This document shows positions 29,033 to 39,016 of a stretch of 64,000 nucleotides of DNA, one piece after another. Position 1 is the first letter of the stretch, and every line of letters begins with the position of its first letter. Both the position numbers and the translations under genes were made by a program. This DNA is from an uncultured Candidatus Saccharibacteria bacterium (lineage in GTDB: Bacteria > Patescibacteriota > Minisyncoccia > Phycocordibacterales > UBA5272): positions 3,732-67,731 of the forward strand of contig CAYJED010000001.1 of NCBI GenBank assembly GCA_964369115.1, written 5' to 3'. The notes beneath the pieces were generated by a model that was not told the origin of the DNA, did no database searches, and worked only from the letters and a program-made list of their open reading frames with translations.

Positions 29033-29073
29033 ACCTTTAAGTATAACAGAGTACTAATCTGTTATACTTAAAG
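29033..29073. repeat. Perfect 16-bp inverted repeat (CCTTTAAGTATAACAG / CTGTTATACTTAAAGG) with a 9-nt AGTACTAAT spacer, 12 nt upstream of the nuclease-like gene
   Basis: Seen directly in the sequence. Operator-like palindrome or strong hairpin. Confidence 0.6.
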
Positions 29074-29084
29074 GTAGATAAGTT

Positions 29085-29459
29085 ATGAATACAAAAGAGA
29101 AAGGTGATATTGCTGTAGGCAGGGCTATTGGTTTCTTTATAACAAAAGGTTATGAAGTGTGTTTGCCAGTTGGTGACAAAAGAGACTATGATATGGTTGT
29201 AGAAAAAGATGGTGTACTACAAAAAGTTCAAGTGAAATTCGCCGGACTTTATTCAAAGGGAGGTGTCTGTAAAGTTGGACTAAGAATAACCGGAGGTAAT
29301 CAATCCTTTTCTTATACTAAGAAATATACTAATAATGCTTTCGATCTTTTGTTTGTTTATACAGAAAAAGGCGAGCAGTATCTTATTCCGTGGAAAGAAG
29401 TAACATCTAGGAACGAGTTGTCAATTGAGACAAAAAAGTATATACTGTATAGGCAATAA
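29085..29459 (+). CDS. PD-(D/E)XK-type nuclease-fold protein (Hjc/Vsr-like small endonuclease), putative
   Basis: GDIAVGRAIGFF...DYDMVVEKDGVLQKVQVK matches the D...(E/Q)xK arrangement of small restriction-endonuclease-like proteins. Confidence 0.45.
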   Translation: MNTKEKGDIAVGRAIGFFITKGYEVCLPVGDKRDYDMVVEKDGVLQKVQVKFAGLYSKGGVCKVGLRITGGNQSFSYTKKYTNNAFDLLFVYTEKGEQYLIPWKEVTSRNELSIETKKYILYRQ

Positions 29460-29471
29460 TTTGCTAAATAA

Positions 29472-29555
29472 GCGTAGATGGTGGAGTGGCCAATCACAAT
29501 TGACTGTAAATCAATCGCCCTTCGGGCTTCGCTGGTTCGAATCCAGCTCTACGCA
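29472..29555 (+). tRNA. tRNA-Tyr (anticodon GTA)
   Basis: Acceptor GCGTAGA/TCTACGC, anticodon loop CTGTAAA, long variable arm, T-arm GCTGG-TTCGAAT-CCAGC. CCA is not encoded. Confidence 0.88.
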
Positions 29556-29694
29556 CAACCCAGTACGAAAGGAGGCGAAAGCCTCCTTTCGTCGTTCTCC
29601 TGTAAGCTTTTTGTTTAGTTCCAACGCTCGATCTTTTTAAAAAGAGCGATCAAGATAAGGAATTTGGTGTTTCTTGGAAAAATCAAGTAATTAA

Positions 29695-29976
29695 TTATTT
29701 AACAAGTGGAAAATCAGCCATTTTTTTATTGAGTATGCTCGTTTCCTTAAAGTTGGCGAAGAAGATAAGTATCTTCAGGATAATGAACTGACAGCTCTTC
29801 GTAAAGCGATTAAAGAAAATTTAACATTTACAACCGGTGAGATTGATTCATGGGACAAAGAAGGAGAATGGACAGCGGAAGTAAAAGCATTGCTTGACTA
29901 TGTAGGTAAACACTATATTCAGGTTAAAGAAAGTGATCTTGCGAAATTTGAAGAGGAAGATTTTGATGATGAGTAA
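29695..29976 (+). pseudogene. Start-less ORF remnant, about 93 codons; probable 3' fragment of a disrupted gene
   Basis: Open frame ending at TAA 29974-29976 with no in-frame ATG, GTG or TTG start after the upstream stop at 29692. Confidence 0.35.
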
Positions 29977-30018
29977 TTGTTCTTAAATAGTTTTAACTGT
30001 GGTAATATTACAAGTACT

Positions 30019-31482
30019 ATGGCATCACTTGAAGAACTACGCGATGAGCGTTTACAAAAATTACAACAATTAGAGGAACTGGGTGAAGAGGGGTATCCGG
30101 CCCGTATCACTTTTTCAGAAAAACGCCTTGCTTCAGAAGAAGTAAAAGCGCTTCTTGATACTGAGGGCGAAAAAGAAGTGTGTGTTGTTGCTGGGCGCGT
30201 AGTAAGTAAGCGAGGGCAGGGAAAAATCTTCTTTATTGATCTTGCTGACGAGAAGGGAAAACTTCAAGCTGTGCTTAAGATAGATTCACTTGGTGAAGAA
30301 AAACTTAATGCATTTGCAAACTCAGCTGACGTAGCAGATTTTATTGCAGTACGCGGCACGCCATTTATTACTCAGCGTGGTGAAAAAAGTATTGATGTTC
30401 TTGATTGGCAGATGCTCACTAAAGCACTTCTTCCTATGCCGTCACTGTGGTATGGGCTTGAGAATCAAGAAGAAGCAATGCGAAAGCGCTATCTTGATTT
30501 TGTGCTTCACCCAGAAAAAAGAGAACTCTTTTATAAGAAGATGAAGTTCTGGCATGTGGTGCGAACTTTTTTTGTGGAACGAGGATTTCTTGAAGTTGAA
30601 ACTCCAACTATTGAAGCGACAACAGGAGGTGCTGAAGCTCGACCATTTATTACACATCACAATGACTATGAGATGGAGGTGTATATGCGTATTTGTGTAG
30701 GAGAGTTGTGGCAAAAGCGTCTCATGGCAGCAGGGTTTGAAAAGACATTTGAAATAGGTCGTGCATATCGTAATGAAGGATCAAGTCCTCACCACATTCA
30801 AGAGTTTACAAATCTTGAGTTCTACATGGCGTATGCTTCGTACAAAGAAGGTATGGATATGGTGCGTGAGTTGTATCAGAAAATCGCTAAAGAAGTTTTT
30901 TCTACAACAGTATTTACTATTAATGGCTTCACCTTTGATCTAGCAGATGAATGGAAAGTTATTGATTATACAGAAGAGATTAAACGAGTAACTGGTATTG
31001 ATATTGGAAACACTACAGAAGAAGAAGTAAAAGCTAAGCTTATAGAGCTTGGTGTAAAGTATGAAGGTGAGACTCTTGAGAGAATGTTTGACTCACTATG
31101 GAAGTATTGCCGTAAACAAATTGCTGGCCCAGCTTTTCTTGTTGGACATCCAGTGCTTGTATCTCCTCTTTCAAAGAAAGTGCACGGCACACAAGTAACT
31201 GAGCGTTTCCAGCCTATTTTTGCAGGTACAGAAGTAGGAAATGGTTTCTCTGAACTTAATGATCCCCGTGATCAGCGTGCGCGATTTCTACTTCAAGCGG
31301 AACTTATTGCAAAAGGAGATGAAGAGGCGATGATGCCAGACATGGAGTTCGTAGAAATGCTTGAGCATGGTATGCCGCCAACATGTGGATTTGGTTTTGG
31401 TGAAAGACTTTTCGCGATTCTCTCAGGTCTTCCAATTCGTGAGACGCAGCTGTTTCCGCTTGTAAAAAGAAAAGAAAATTAA
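30019..31482 (+). CDS. lysS: Lysyl-tRNA synthetase, class II
   Basis: OB anticodon-binding domain and class II motifs (FLEVETP, RAYRNEG...). Start set at MASLEELRDERL. Confidence 0.92.
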   Translation: MASLEELRDERLQKLQQLEELGEEGYPARITFSEKRLASEEVKALLDTEGEKEVCVVAGRVVSKRGQGKIFFIDLADEKGKLQAVLKIDSLGEEKLNAFANSADVADFIAVRGTPFITQRGEKSIDVLDWQMLTKALLPMPSLWYGLENQEEAMRKRYLDFVLHPEKRELFYKKMKFWHVVRTFFVERGFLEVETPTIEATTGGAEARPFITHHNDYEMEVYMRICVGELWQKRLMAAGFEKTFEIGRAYRNEGSSPHHIQEFTNLEFYMAYASYKEGMDMVRELYQKIAKEVFSTTVFTINGFTFDLADEWKVIDYTEEIKRVTGIDIGNTTEEEVKAKLIELGVKYEGETLERMFDSLWKYCRKQIAGPAFLVGHPVLVSPLSKKVHGTQVTERFQPIFAGTEVGNGFSELNDPRDQRARFLLQAELIAKGDEEAMMPDMEFVEMLEHGMPPTCGFGFGERLFAILSGLPIRETQLFPLVKRKEN

Positions 31483-31492
31483 ATACAAGAAA

Positions 31493-32779
31493 TTATCTTT
31501 CTTTAGAAAGATGTAGAAAAGGGCGACTGAAAGGGAGTCCTTTTTCGCTTAGACGTAGAAGTTCATTATATTTAGAAAGTCTGTCTGTGCGTGAAAGTGA
31601 ACCAATTTTTACTTGGCCTGCACCTGAAGCAACGGCAAAATGCACGATACTTACATCTTCAGTTTCTCCTGATCTGTGAGATATAATTGTGCGCATGTCG
31701 TGCTTGTGAGCATACTCGATTGCGTCTACCGTCTCTGAGACTGTTCCTATTTGATTTGGTTTTATGAGCACAGTGTTTGCTGCACCTTCCGTCACTCCGC
31801 GTGTAATGTGTTGCACATTTGTAGTAAAGAGATCATCCCCAACTATCTGCAATTGTTGGCCGTGTTGTTGTGTAAATGATTTCCATGAAGACCAGTCATT
31901 TTCATCAAAACCATCTTCAATCGAAAGTATCGGAAAATGTTCAATTAAATTGCTAAGAAAATTTTGCATATCTTCACTAGAAAAATGCTTCCGGTCAGCT
32001 GCAAGGTGATATTCTTCATCTTTATAGAGTTCACTTGCTGCAACGTCAATAGCAAATGCTATATCTTTTCCTGGGATAAGTTCTACTTTACGAATCGCAT
32101 CAATCAAGATAAGGAGCGCTTCTTTATTTTGTTTTGCATTTGTTATAGGAAACCCTCCTTCGTCTCCAACTCCGCTTACCCCTCGAGCATTCATTATTTC
32201 TTTTAATGTATAAAAAACACGAGCACTCATCTCAAGACTGTCTTTAAAGGATGTTTTAGAAAGAGGGACAATCATCCATTCTTGTATATCTGTTGAGTGT
32301 GGTGCATGCTTACCGCCGTTAAGCACATTAATAAGTGGGGTAGGGATAGAGGCCGGGTAAGTAAAAGAAAACTCTTCACGTAAATGTTCGTAGAGAAGTA
32401 TATTTTTCATTAAAGCACTTGCTTTTGCGAAGGCAAGTGATAGAGGAAGAAGAGCGTTTGCTCCAAAACGCGCCTTAGTATCTGTCCCATCAAGAGACAG
32501 AAGGTGATTATCAAAATCTCTCTGTGAAGAAAAATGTTTATTAAGTAATTGGTTTTTTAATGTTGTATCGATAGACTCAAGTACACACTCAACACCTTTT
32601 CCATTAAAATAAGCATCACCGTCCCTTTTTTCAAGAGCTTCTCGTGACCCTGTTGAAGCCCCAGACGGAGCGCTCGCTCTTCCTGTGTATACTTTATCAA
32701 TTGTAAGATCAACTTCGACGGTAGGTATGCCGCGAGAGTCTAGTATCATTCGAGAAACAATGCTAGTAATTATTGTCAT
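31493..32779 (-). CDS. eno: Enolase
   Basis: N-terminus ILDSRGIPTVEVDL and full enolase barrel. 428 aa. Confidence 0.95.
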   Translation of the reverse strand: MTIITSIVSRMILDSRGIPTVEVDLTIDKVYTGRASAPSGASTGSREALEKRDGDAYFNGKGVECVLESIDTTLKNQLLNKHFSSQRDFDNHLLSLDGTDTKARFGANALLPLSLAFAKASALMKNILLYEHLREEFSFTYPASIPTPLINVLNGGKHAPHSTDIQEWMIVPLSKTSFKDSLEMSARVFYTLKEIMNARGVSGVGDEGGFPITNAKQNKEALLILIDAIRKVELIPGKDIAFAIDVAASELYKDEEYHLAADRKHFSSEDMQNFLSNLIEHFPILSIEDGFDENDWSSWKSFTQQHGQQLQIVGDDLFTTNVQHITRGVTEGAANTVLIKPNQIGTVSETVDAIEYAHKHDMRTIISHRSGETEDVSIVHFAVASGAGQVKIGSLSRTDRLSKYNELLRLSEKGLPFSRPFLHLSKER

Positions 32780-32851
32780 ATGTGTGGTTGTGTTTTAAGT
32801 ATACACGACAACGAAGTTATTTTACGTGATATACTTATTCATGATTGCTAT

Positions 32852-34504
32852 ATGAAATGTTATTGCTACGAAACTCAAGATATCGAAAAAAATTTTTTTG
32901 AACAACATAAAAATGACGTCGATTTCATATATAAAGAACATCCACTTAATGAAGATTCTGTTACAGAAGATGCTGAGATAGTAACTGTTTTTGTTAATAG
33001 TAAAGTTACTAAAGAGGTTTTGGATAAAATGCCAAAGCTTACTTTTATAGCTACACGCTCGACAGGATTTAATCATATAGATATTGAAGAAGCAGAAAGA
33101 CGAGATATTACAGTCGTCTCTGTCCCCGCGTATGGAGAGCACACCGTCGCTGAGTATGCCTTCGGGTCACTTCTTTCGCTAACAAGAAAAATTCCTGAGG
33201 CTGTAAAAATGACAAGGGAAAATATATGTATTCCTCCAGAGCTTGTAAGAGGGGTTGATCTTTGTGGTAAGACAATAGGTATTATCGGTGCCGGAAGAAT
33301 AGGAAAAAAAATGATTGCCATGGCAAAAGGTTTTTCTATGAATGTTGTTGTGTATGATGAATATAAAGATCAAGATTCTGCGGCGGCTCTTGGCTATGTG
33401 TATACATCTTTTGATGATCTTTTGATTCAGTCCGATGTTATTTCTATTCACATGCCACTTACGGACCTAACTCATCATATGTTAAATAAAGAGGCCTTCT
33501 TAAAGATGAAAAAAGATGTGTATATTATTAATACTGCACGGGGTGAGCTTATCGATACTGCTGCGCTTATTGATGCTTTGGTTCAAAATAAAATTAAAGG
33601 CTGCGCACTTGATGTTTGTGAAGGGGAAGAGCTTCTTATTAAAAAATGCAGCCCTGAGTTTTTGGCGTCACTACAGAGCAGGACACTTCTTAAGGAGTCG
33701 GCTCATTTGCAGATTTTAAAATCAATGCCAAATGTACTCTTAAGCCCCCATATTGCTTACGACACAGAAGAGGCTCTTATAAGAATATGTTCAACAACTA
33801 TAGAGTCAGTGTGTGCATATATTAACCACGAAGAAATTAAGAACAAAGTGTCTTCACAACCTTCTAAGTTTGGAAAACTTGTTATCGTTCGTCACACAGA
33901 ATCTGAATGGAATAAAGAGGGTAAATGGACAGGTTCACGAAATGTCCACCTTTCTATGAAAGGCTTTGAAGACGCAAGATTGCTCGGGCTTGCTTTAGAG
34001 GGTATACATATTGATCATGCGTTTGCCTCAGAGCAAGTGCGCACCATGGAGACATTATCGTCAATGTTGGGCACTATGCGGCAACCGACGGTTCCAATAA
34101 CGCGAGATAGCGCACTAAATGAACGAGACTACGGTGAATATACTGGTAAAAATAAGCATGACATGAAAGTTATTCTTGGTGACGAACAGTTTGAGAAAGT
34201 TAGACGTGGGTACGATGTTGCGATTCCTCACGGAGAAACACTAAAAATGGTGTATGAACGGGTTTCCTCTTACTTTGTTTCTAATATTTTGCCACGACTA
34301 GAAAAAGGACAGACTGTGCTTATTGTTTCTCATGGTAACGCCCTTCGTGCTCTTATGAAATATATTGAAAAACTTTCCGATGAACAAATTGAACACACTG
34401 AAATGATGTTTGGTGGAGCTCTGGTGTATACCTTGTCAAAAGATGGAGGGGTTGTTCATAAAGAATTACGAGAAACACCTTCTCGCTCGTACGATTATGT
34501 TTAA
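32852..34504 (+). CDS. Fusion protein: N-terminal D-isomer-specific 2-hydroxyacid dehydrogenase, C-terminal 2,3-BPG-dependent phosphoglycerate mutase
   Basis: NAD-binding GIIGAGRIGKKMI with a 2-HADH catalytic domain, then LVIVRHTESEWNKEGKWTGSRNV (GpmA RHGE signature) and SHGNALRAL. Start set at the internal ATG, because the ORF at 32780 would abut the eno start. Confidence 0.8.
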   Translation: MKCYCYETQDIEKNFFEQHKNDVDFIYKEHPLNEDSVTEDAEIVTVFVNSKVTKEVLDKMPKLTFIATRSTGFNHIDIEEAERRDITVVSVPAYGEHTVAEYAFGSLLSLTRKIPEAVKMTRENICIPPELVRGVDLCGKTIGIIGAGRIGKKMIAMAKGFSMNVVVYDEYKDQDSAAALGYVYTSFDDLLIQSDVISIHMPLTDLTHHMLNKEAFLKMKKDVYIINTARGELIDTAALIDALVQNKIKGCALDVCEGEELLIKKCSPEFLASLQSRTLLKESAHLQILKSMPNVLLSPHIAYDTEEALIRICSTTIESVCAYINHEEIKNKVSSQPSKFGKLVIVRHTESEWNKEGKWTGSRNVHLSMKGFEDARLLGLALEGIHIDHAFASEQVRTMETLSSMLGTMRQPTVPITRDSALNERDYGEYTGKNKHDMKVILGDEQFEKVRRGYDVAIPHGETLKMVYERVSSYFVSNILPRLEKGQTVLIVSHGNALRALMKYIEKLSDEQIEHTEMMFGGALVYTLSKDGGVVHKELRETPSRSYDYV

Positions 34505-35570
34505 TGTTTATTATGGTTCACCAAAAATTATCGCAACACTTGGTCCTTCAAGCGACACAGTGCCTGTACTAGATGAAATGCTTAAAGCGGGGATGTTTTT
34601 AGCAAGGTGCAACTTTAGTCATGGTTCATATGCTGAGCACGCGAAGCGTTTAAATAACCTTACCTCAGTTCAAAAAAATAATGGCCACAAAATATTTAGT
34701 TTTGCTGATCTCTGTGGACCAAAAGTGAGAACGGTTGTAAAAGAAGGTGAGCTCATTTTAGAAGAAGGAGAAGTGGTTGTGATAACAGGCTCACAGGTTC
34801 CTATGGAAAATTCTATTTTATATAAAACATTTTCAGTGACCTATGCACACGTACATGAAGAGGTTAAGAATGGTGCAACTATTCTTTTAGATGATGGGAA
34901 GCTTATGCTTACGGTAATAAAAATAGAAGGTGAATATATTTACACGGAGGTAAATCGTTCTGGAGTATTACGTGACGAAAAAGGGGTTAGTATTCCTGGA
35001 GCATTTAAAAAACTCTCTGTCTTAACAGAAAAAGATAAAAAAGATATTGAGTATATTATTGCACACGCTTATGATGCGGTAGCTCTTTCTTTTGTTAAAT
35101 CAGAAGAAGATATTGCTTATTTCAAAAAATATACAGAAGAAAAATATAAGAGAAATCTCCCTGTTATTGCGAAAATTGAAACAATTGAAGCGCTTAAAAA
35201 TATTGAAGCTATTGCAAAAATTAGTGATGCTATTATGGTTGCGCGAGGAGATTTAGGTGTTGAGATAGGGGTATCACACGTTCCGTTGTGGCAGAAAAAA
35301 ATATGTGATATTGCAAAAAAATATAATAAGCCAGTCATTGTTGCAACGCAGATGCTTCAATCGATGGTACATGAAGAAACTCCAACACGAGCAGAGGTAA
35401 GTGATGTTGTTAATGCAATTTTAGATGGAGCGTCATACCTTATGCTTTCTGATGAAACAACAATAGGGGATAACCCCGTGCGCACTGTGGCGCAACTGTC
35501 AGAACTTATTCAAACATATAAAGAAAATCCAATGCAAGAAAAATTTGATGCATACATGATACATGAATAG
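34497..35570 (+). CDS. pyk: Pyruvate kinase, short form lacking the C-terminal regulatory domain
   Basis: PK barrel motifs (IIATLGPSS, MVARGDLGVEI). 8-nt overlap with the upstream gene. Confidence 0.85.
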   Translation: MFNVYYGSPKIIATLGPSSDTVPVLDEMLKAGMFLARCNFSHGSYAEHAKRLNNLTSVQKNNGHKIFSFADLCGPKVRTVVKEGELILEEGEVVVITGSQVPMENSILYKTFSVTYAHVHEEVKNGATILLDDGKLMLTVIKIEGEYIYTEVNRSGVLRDEKGVSIPGAFKKLSVLTEKDKKDIEYIIAHAYDAVALSFVKSEEDIAYFKKYTEEKYKRNLPVIAKIETIEALKNIEAIAKISDAIMVARGDLGVEIGVSHVPLWQKKICDIAKKYNKPVIVATQMLQSMVHEETPTRAEVSDVVNAILDGASYLMLSDETTIGDNPVRTVAQLSELIQTYKENPMQEKFDAYMIHE

Positions 35571-35617
35571 TTAATTAAGGTGTCGCACTACATATTAGTA
35601 TATGCTAATATGTATAT

Positions 35618-35878
35618 ATGGCACACAGTTCACAAGAAATACTATTTAAGGTGTTTGGAAATGAAGAGCGAGTGAAAATGATTTGTTGTTTAGAAAAAAA
35701 ACAATCAGTAACTAAGCTTTTGGAAAAATGTAGACTTTCACAATCAGCAGTTTCTCAGCATTTGTCAGTTTTAAAAGAGGCAAAGATTATTGATTGTGAA
35801 CGTTTAGGTAAGCAGCAGTTCTATTTTGTTGTTAATAAAAAAGCACTCAAAATAGCAAAAGACTTATTAAGGTGCTAA
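35618..35878 (+). CDS. ArsR/SmtB-family transcriptional regulator
   Basis: HTH segment (VTKLLEKCRLSQSAVSQHLSVLKEAKII). Confidence 0.75.
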   Translation: MAHSSQEILFKVFGNEERVKMICCLEKKQSVTKLLEKCRLSQSAVSQHLSVLKEAKIIDCERLGKQQFYFVVNKKALKIAKDLLRC

Positions 35879-35885
35879 ATTTTTT

Positions 35886-36305
35886 ATGAAACATATTGAT
35901 GTCCACTCATTTAAACAAGTTCTTGAAACAGAAAAAAATAATTCAACAGTTGATTTTATTAATGTTTGTACTCTTGTAGAGTATAAAGAAAAACATATTA
36001 ACGGAGTTCGAAGTGTTCCTCTTGATGAGCTTATTTCACATGTTTCTGAATTTAAAAATAAGCAAACCGTCTACATTCATTGCCGTTCTGGTAATAGAGG
36101 TAAAAAAGCAATTGAACTCCTTAATTCTTTAGGGGTAAAGGCAGAACTTGTTAATGTTGAGGGTGGTATTTTAGCTTGGGATGAAGCTGGTTTTGTAACA
36201 AAATCTATTACCACGGCGAAGTTGTCTTTGATGCGTCAAGTTATGTTAGGTGTTGGAACTATTATTATTCTTGTGTATGTGTTTGCATATTTTTTAAATC
36301 CATAG
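35886..36305 (+). CDS. Rhodanese-domain sulfurtransferase with a C-terminal TM anchor
   Basis: Active-site loop CRSGNRG and a rhodanese fold. Confidence 0.75.
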   Translation: MKHIDVHSFKQVLETEKNNSTVDFINVCTLVEYKEKHINGVRSVPLDELISHVSEFKNKQTVYIHCRSGNRGKKAIELLNSLGVKAELVNVEGGILAWDEAGFVTKSITTAKLSLMRQVMLGVGTIIILVYVFAYFLNP

Positions 36306-36433
36306 TTTATCCTTATTCCTATGCTTGTTAGTGTAGGGCTTACTATATCTACTCTTACAGGGTGATGTGGCATGACTATCTTCTTGCAAAGATAGCTTGA
36401 AATAAATAGTCCTAGAAGTAAAATAAAAAATAT

Positions 36434-36994
36434 ATGAAAAAATAACACCACTTGTAAAAGAGTTTTTTGATGGTGCAACAAATACAATTAGTTACGTTGT
36501 AACAGACCAAGAAACAAAAATGTCTGTCATTATTGACTCTGTTTTTGATTATGAGCAACATGGTGCAATATTAACAACAAAAAGCGACGACACTATTTTA
36601 TTTTACATTAAGAAAAATGAGTACATCTTACTCTATGTTCTGGAAACTCATGTTCATGCAGATCATCTTACAGCAGCTTCTTACATAAGAGAAAAAACAG
36701 GTGCGAAAATTGGAATCAGTGAAGTGGTTACTGATGTTCAAAAAATTTTTGGTGATGTATTTAGTGTGGTTGATAATTTTTAAAAAAGACGGGAGCCAGC
36801 TTGACGTCCTTCTGAAAGACAGCAACATTCTTTCTCTTTGGTTTTTTTCTATTACTATTATGCCTGTTCCAGGTCACACTCCGGCAGATCTTGCATATCA
36901 TATTAGTGATGTGCTTTTCATCGGTGACACTATCTTTATGCCGGATTATGGTTCAGCACGTTGTTATTTTTTACTGGTCTTCCATTTACTGTAG
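36434..36994 (+). pseudogene. MBL-fold metallo-hydrolase (persulfide dioxygenase-like), frameshifted and truncated
   Basis: HxHxDH motif (ETHVHADHL) and PGHTP occur in different frames. The ATG at 36434 runs into a stop after 3 codons, within an A7 tract. The 3' third of the fold is missing. Confidence 0.6.
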
Positions 36995-37234
36995 CTAAAA
37001 ATATCTCTATTGTGATGATATTCTTTAATGCAGTTATTGGAATTTTTCTTCTAATATTATTCCAATTGTTAATGGAAAAGAAAAATAATACTTTTGTTGG
37101 TTCTAAGTTCTATAATTGGTGCGGGTGTAGGGTTATTCTTAGAGAAGAAAATAAAGCTATTCTATTTAGAAAAAATTTTTGCGGTAATGATTTTGATTCT
37201 CGCTATTTTTATCTTGTGTAAAGAATTGTTGTAG
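36961..37234 (+). pseudogene. TauE/SafE-family sulfite-exporter remnant; C-terminal fragments in two frames
   Basis: Hydrophobic TM segments, with a C-terminus (...SSIIGAGVGLFLEKKIK...AVMILILAIFIL) typical of TauE/SafE. Frame switch at an A-rich tract near 37075. Confidence 0.4.
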
Positions 37235-37301
37235 GTGTGCATAAAGATACTAAAATAAATTACTTGTGGTTTGGTTATTTGGTATACTTTGAGTTATATA
37301 C

Positions 37302-38786
37302 ATGAAGATACTTAAAAATTGTATAGAAAAAATTTTCCCTTATACGCTTCAAAAAAAGTTTTTCTTTTTGTGGTATTTACTTTTTATTTTTCTTGCACTT
37401 CTTCTCATTACTTCTTTCGTTAAGGAGTACAATGAAAACAAAGCATTTTATGATAAGCATCATAATCTTTTTTCTAAAGTAAAAAATGTAGATCCTCTTA
37501 ATACTCGTGGCTTCGAAGAGCGTGTTACATTACTTAAAAAACGTCTTGAAAGTTCTGATAAAAATAATGTTCCAATCAACATAAGCTACGAAGAGTTTTT
37601 TTCTTTACCTAACGACCATTCGGTAGATTATTTTAATAAGGAAACACTTTCTCTTTCAGAGATTGTAGATTTTGATATTGAAAATAAATCACTTACAGTA
37701 AGTGGTGCAACACAAATAGCAAGCATTAACCAGTTTCTTAAAGAGTATGGTCTTGTGCTTCCGCTCGCTGTGCCGTCAAAGTATTCAACTGTGAGTGATA
37801 TTGTTAATTTTAACTTACCAAGTGATTCGCTTGATGATTCTCTTGCAATTGAAACTATTCGTTCATTTAGACTACTCACTCCTTCAGGTGAAGTGGTAAA
37901 CGTTAACCGTGCAGAAAATCCAGAACTCTTTAGTCTTGTGATAGGGGGGTATGGACTTTTTGGTATCATCATTGATGCAGAATTTGAGCTTGCATCTGAT
38001 GGTACTTTTGAAAAAAGAACATACATTTCAAAAAGAGATGATTTCCTCAACCTCTTCTTTTCTAAGATCTTTTTAAAAAACGACACTGTTTCAATGGTTG
38101 CTACACTTTATTTACATCACCCAAGAATCTCTCCTGATGTTATTTCTGTCACTTCTTGGTTTGAGCAGTCTAAAGAAGCTTTGCAAAAAAGAAATGATAA
38201 TGAGTTTTCGCTTTTATTAAAAAATCTTCGTAATGAAATCTCTTTCTTTAAAACAACTGTTCATTTTGATGAGGATATCTTCAAACAGCTTTTTTCAAGG
38301 AATGAGGTTCAGTCAGCTCTTAAGGATATTCTTTTCGAAGAAAAAAATATGTATAAAGATAGAAGGACTAATACATATACCTATTATGTGCCAGTGAGAA
38401 ACCTTAACCCATTTCTTGATTTTATTATAGAAAAAAATAATAATGGTGAGCTCTATACTCCTAAAATTACCCTCTATTTTATTAAAAGTAACAGAGAAGG
38501 GTACTTAAGTCCTTCGTCTAAAGAAGATATGTTTATGGTTACATATACTGATGAATATACGCATACTGACAGGAGAACAAAAGAGGATCGTCAAAAAGTT
38601 CAGCTTGAAGTTACTAAAAAGGTAACAGCATTCACTGGTCGCGACGCCCTTACAAATTCTTACCACGGAAGTAGAGAGGATATGTTGAAACAGTATCAAA
38701 ATATACCTGCTTTTATAAAACAGAAAAATGCACGAGATAGCTTGAGTCTTTTTACCACTGAGTGGTATACGCTATTTAATCAGTAA
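37302..38786 (+). CDS. Membrane-anchored hypothetical protein of 494 aa
   Basis: N-terminal TM. No confident domain call. Confidence 0.55.
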   Translation: MKILKNCIEKIFPYTLQKKFFFLWYLLFIFLALLLITSFVKEYNENKAFYDKHHNLFSKVKNVDPLNTRGFEERVTLLKKRLESSDKNNVPINISYEEFFSLPNDHSVDYFNKETLSLSEIVDFDIENKSLTVSGATQIASINQFLKEYGLVLPLAVPSKYSTVSDIVNFNLPSDSLDDSLAIETIRSFRLLTPSGEVVNVNRAENPELFSLVIGGYGLFGIIIDAEFELASDGTFEKRTYISKRDDFLNLFFSKIFLKNDTVSMVATLYLHHPRISPDVISVTSWFEQSKEALQKRNDNEFSLLLKNLRNEISFFKTTVHFDEDIFKQLFSRNEVQSALKDILFEEKNMYKDRRTNTYTYYVPVRNLNPFLDFIIEKNNNGELYTPKITLYFIKSNREGYLSPSSKEDMFMVTYTDEYTHTDRRTKEDRQKVQLEVTKKVTAFTGRDALTNSYHGSREDMLKQYQNIPAFIKQKNARDSLSLFTTEWYTLFNQ

Positions 38787-39016
38787 ACTGTGTACATGAA
38801 ACAGTTGATCTATTGTTTAACTTGCTAAACTTACATATAGAAATACTTTAAGGAGAGCTTCTTGTGTATGCGGTTCTGTTTGTAAAACCATTTCTCATTT
38901 ATTGGGCAATCATGTCTGTTTTTATTTCCCCATATACATTTCCTGAGAAAAATAAAAAAGAAGAATAAAGTCTACACATTTTGTGTAGGCTCTCTTTTTG
39001 CTACTATAGAGAAGTT

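Noticed and set aside
36236-36487. 83-aa minus-strand ORF
   Set aside because: Overlaps the rhodanese C-terminus and the MBL pseudogene start. Likely spurious.
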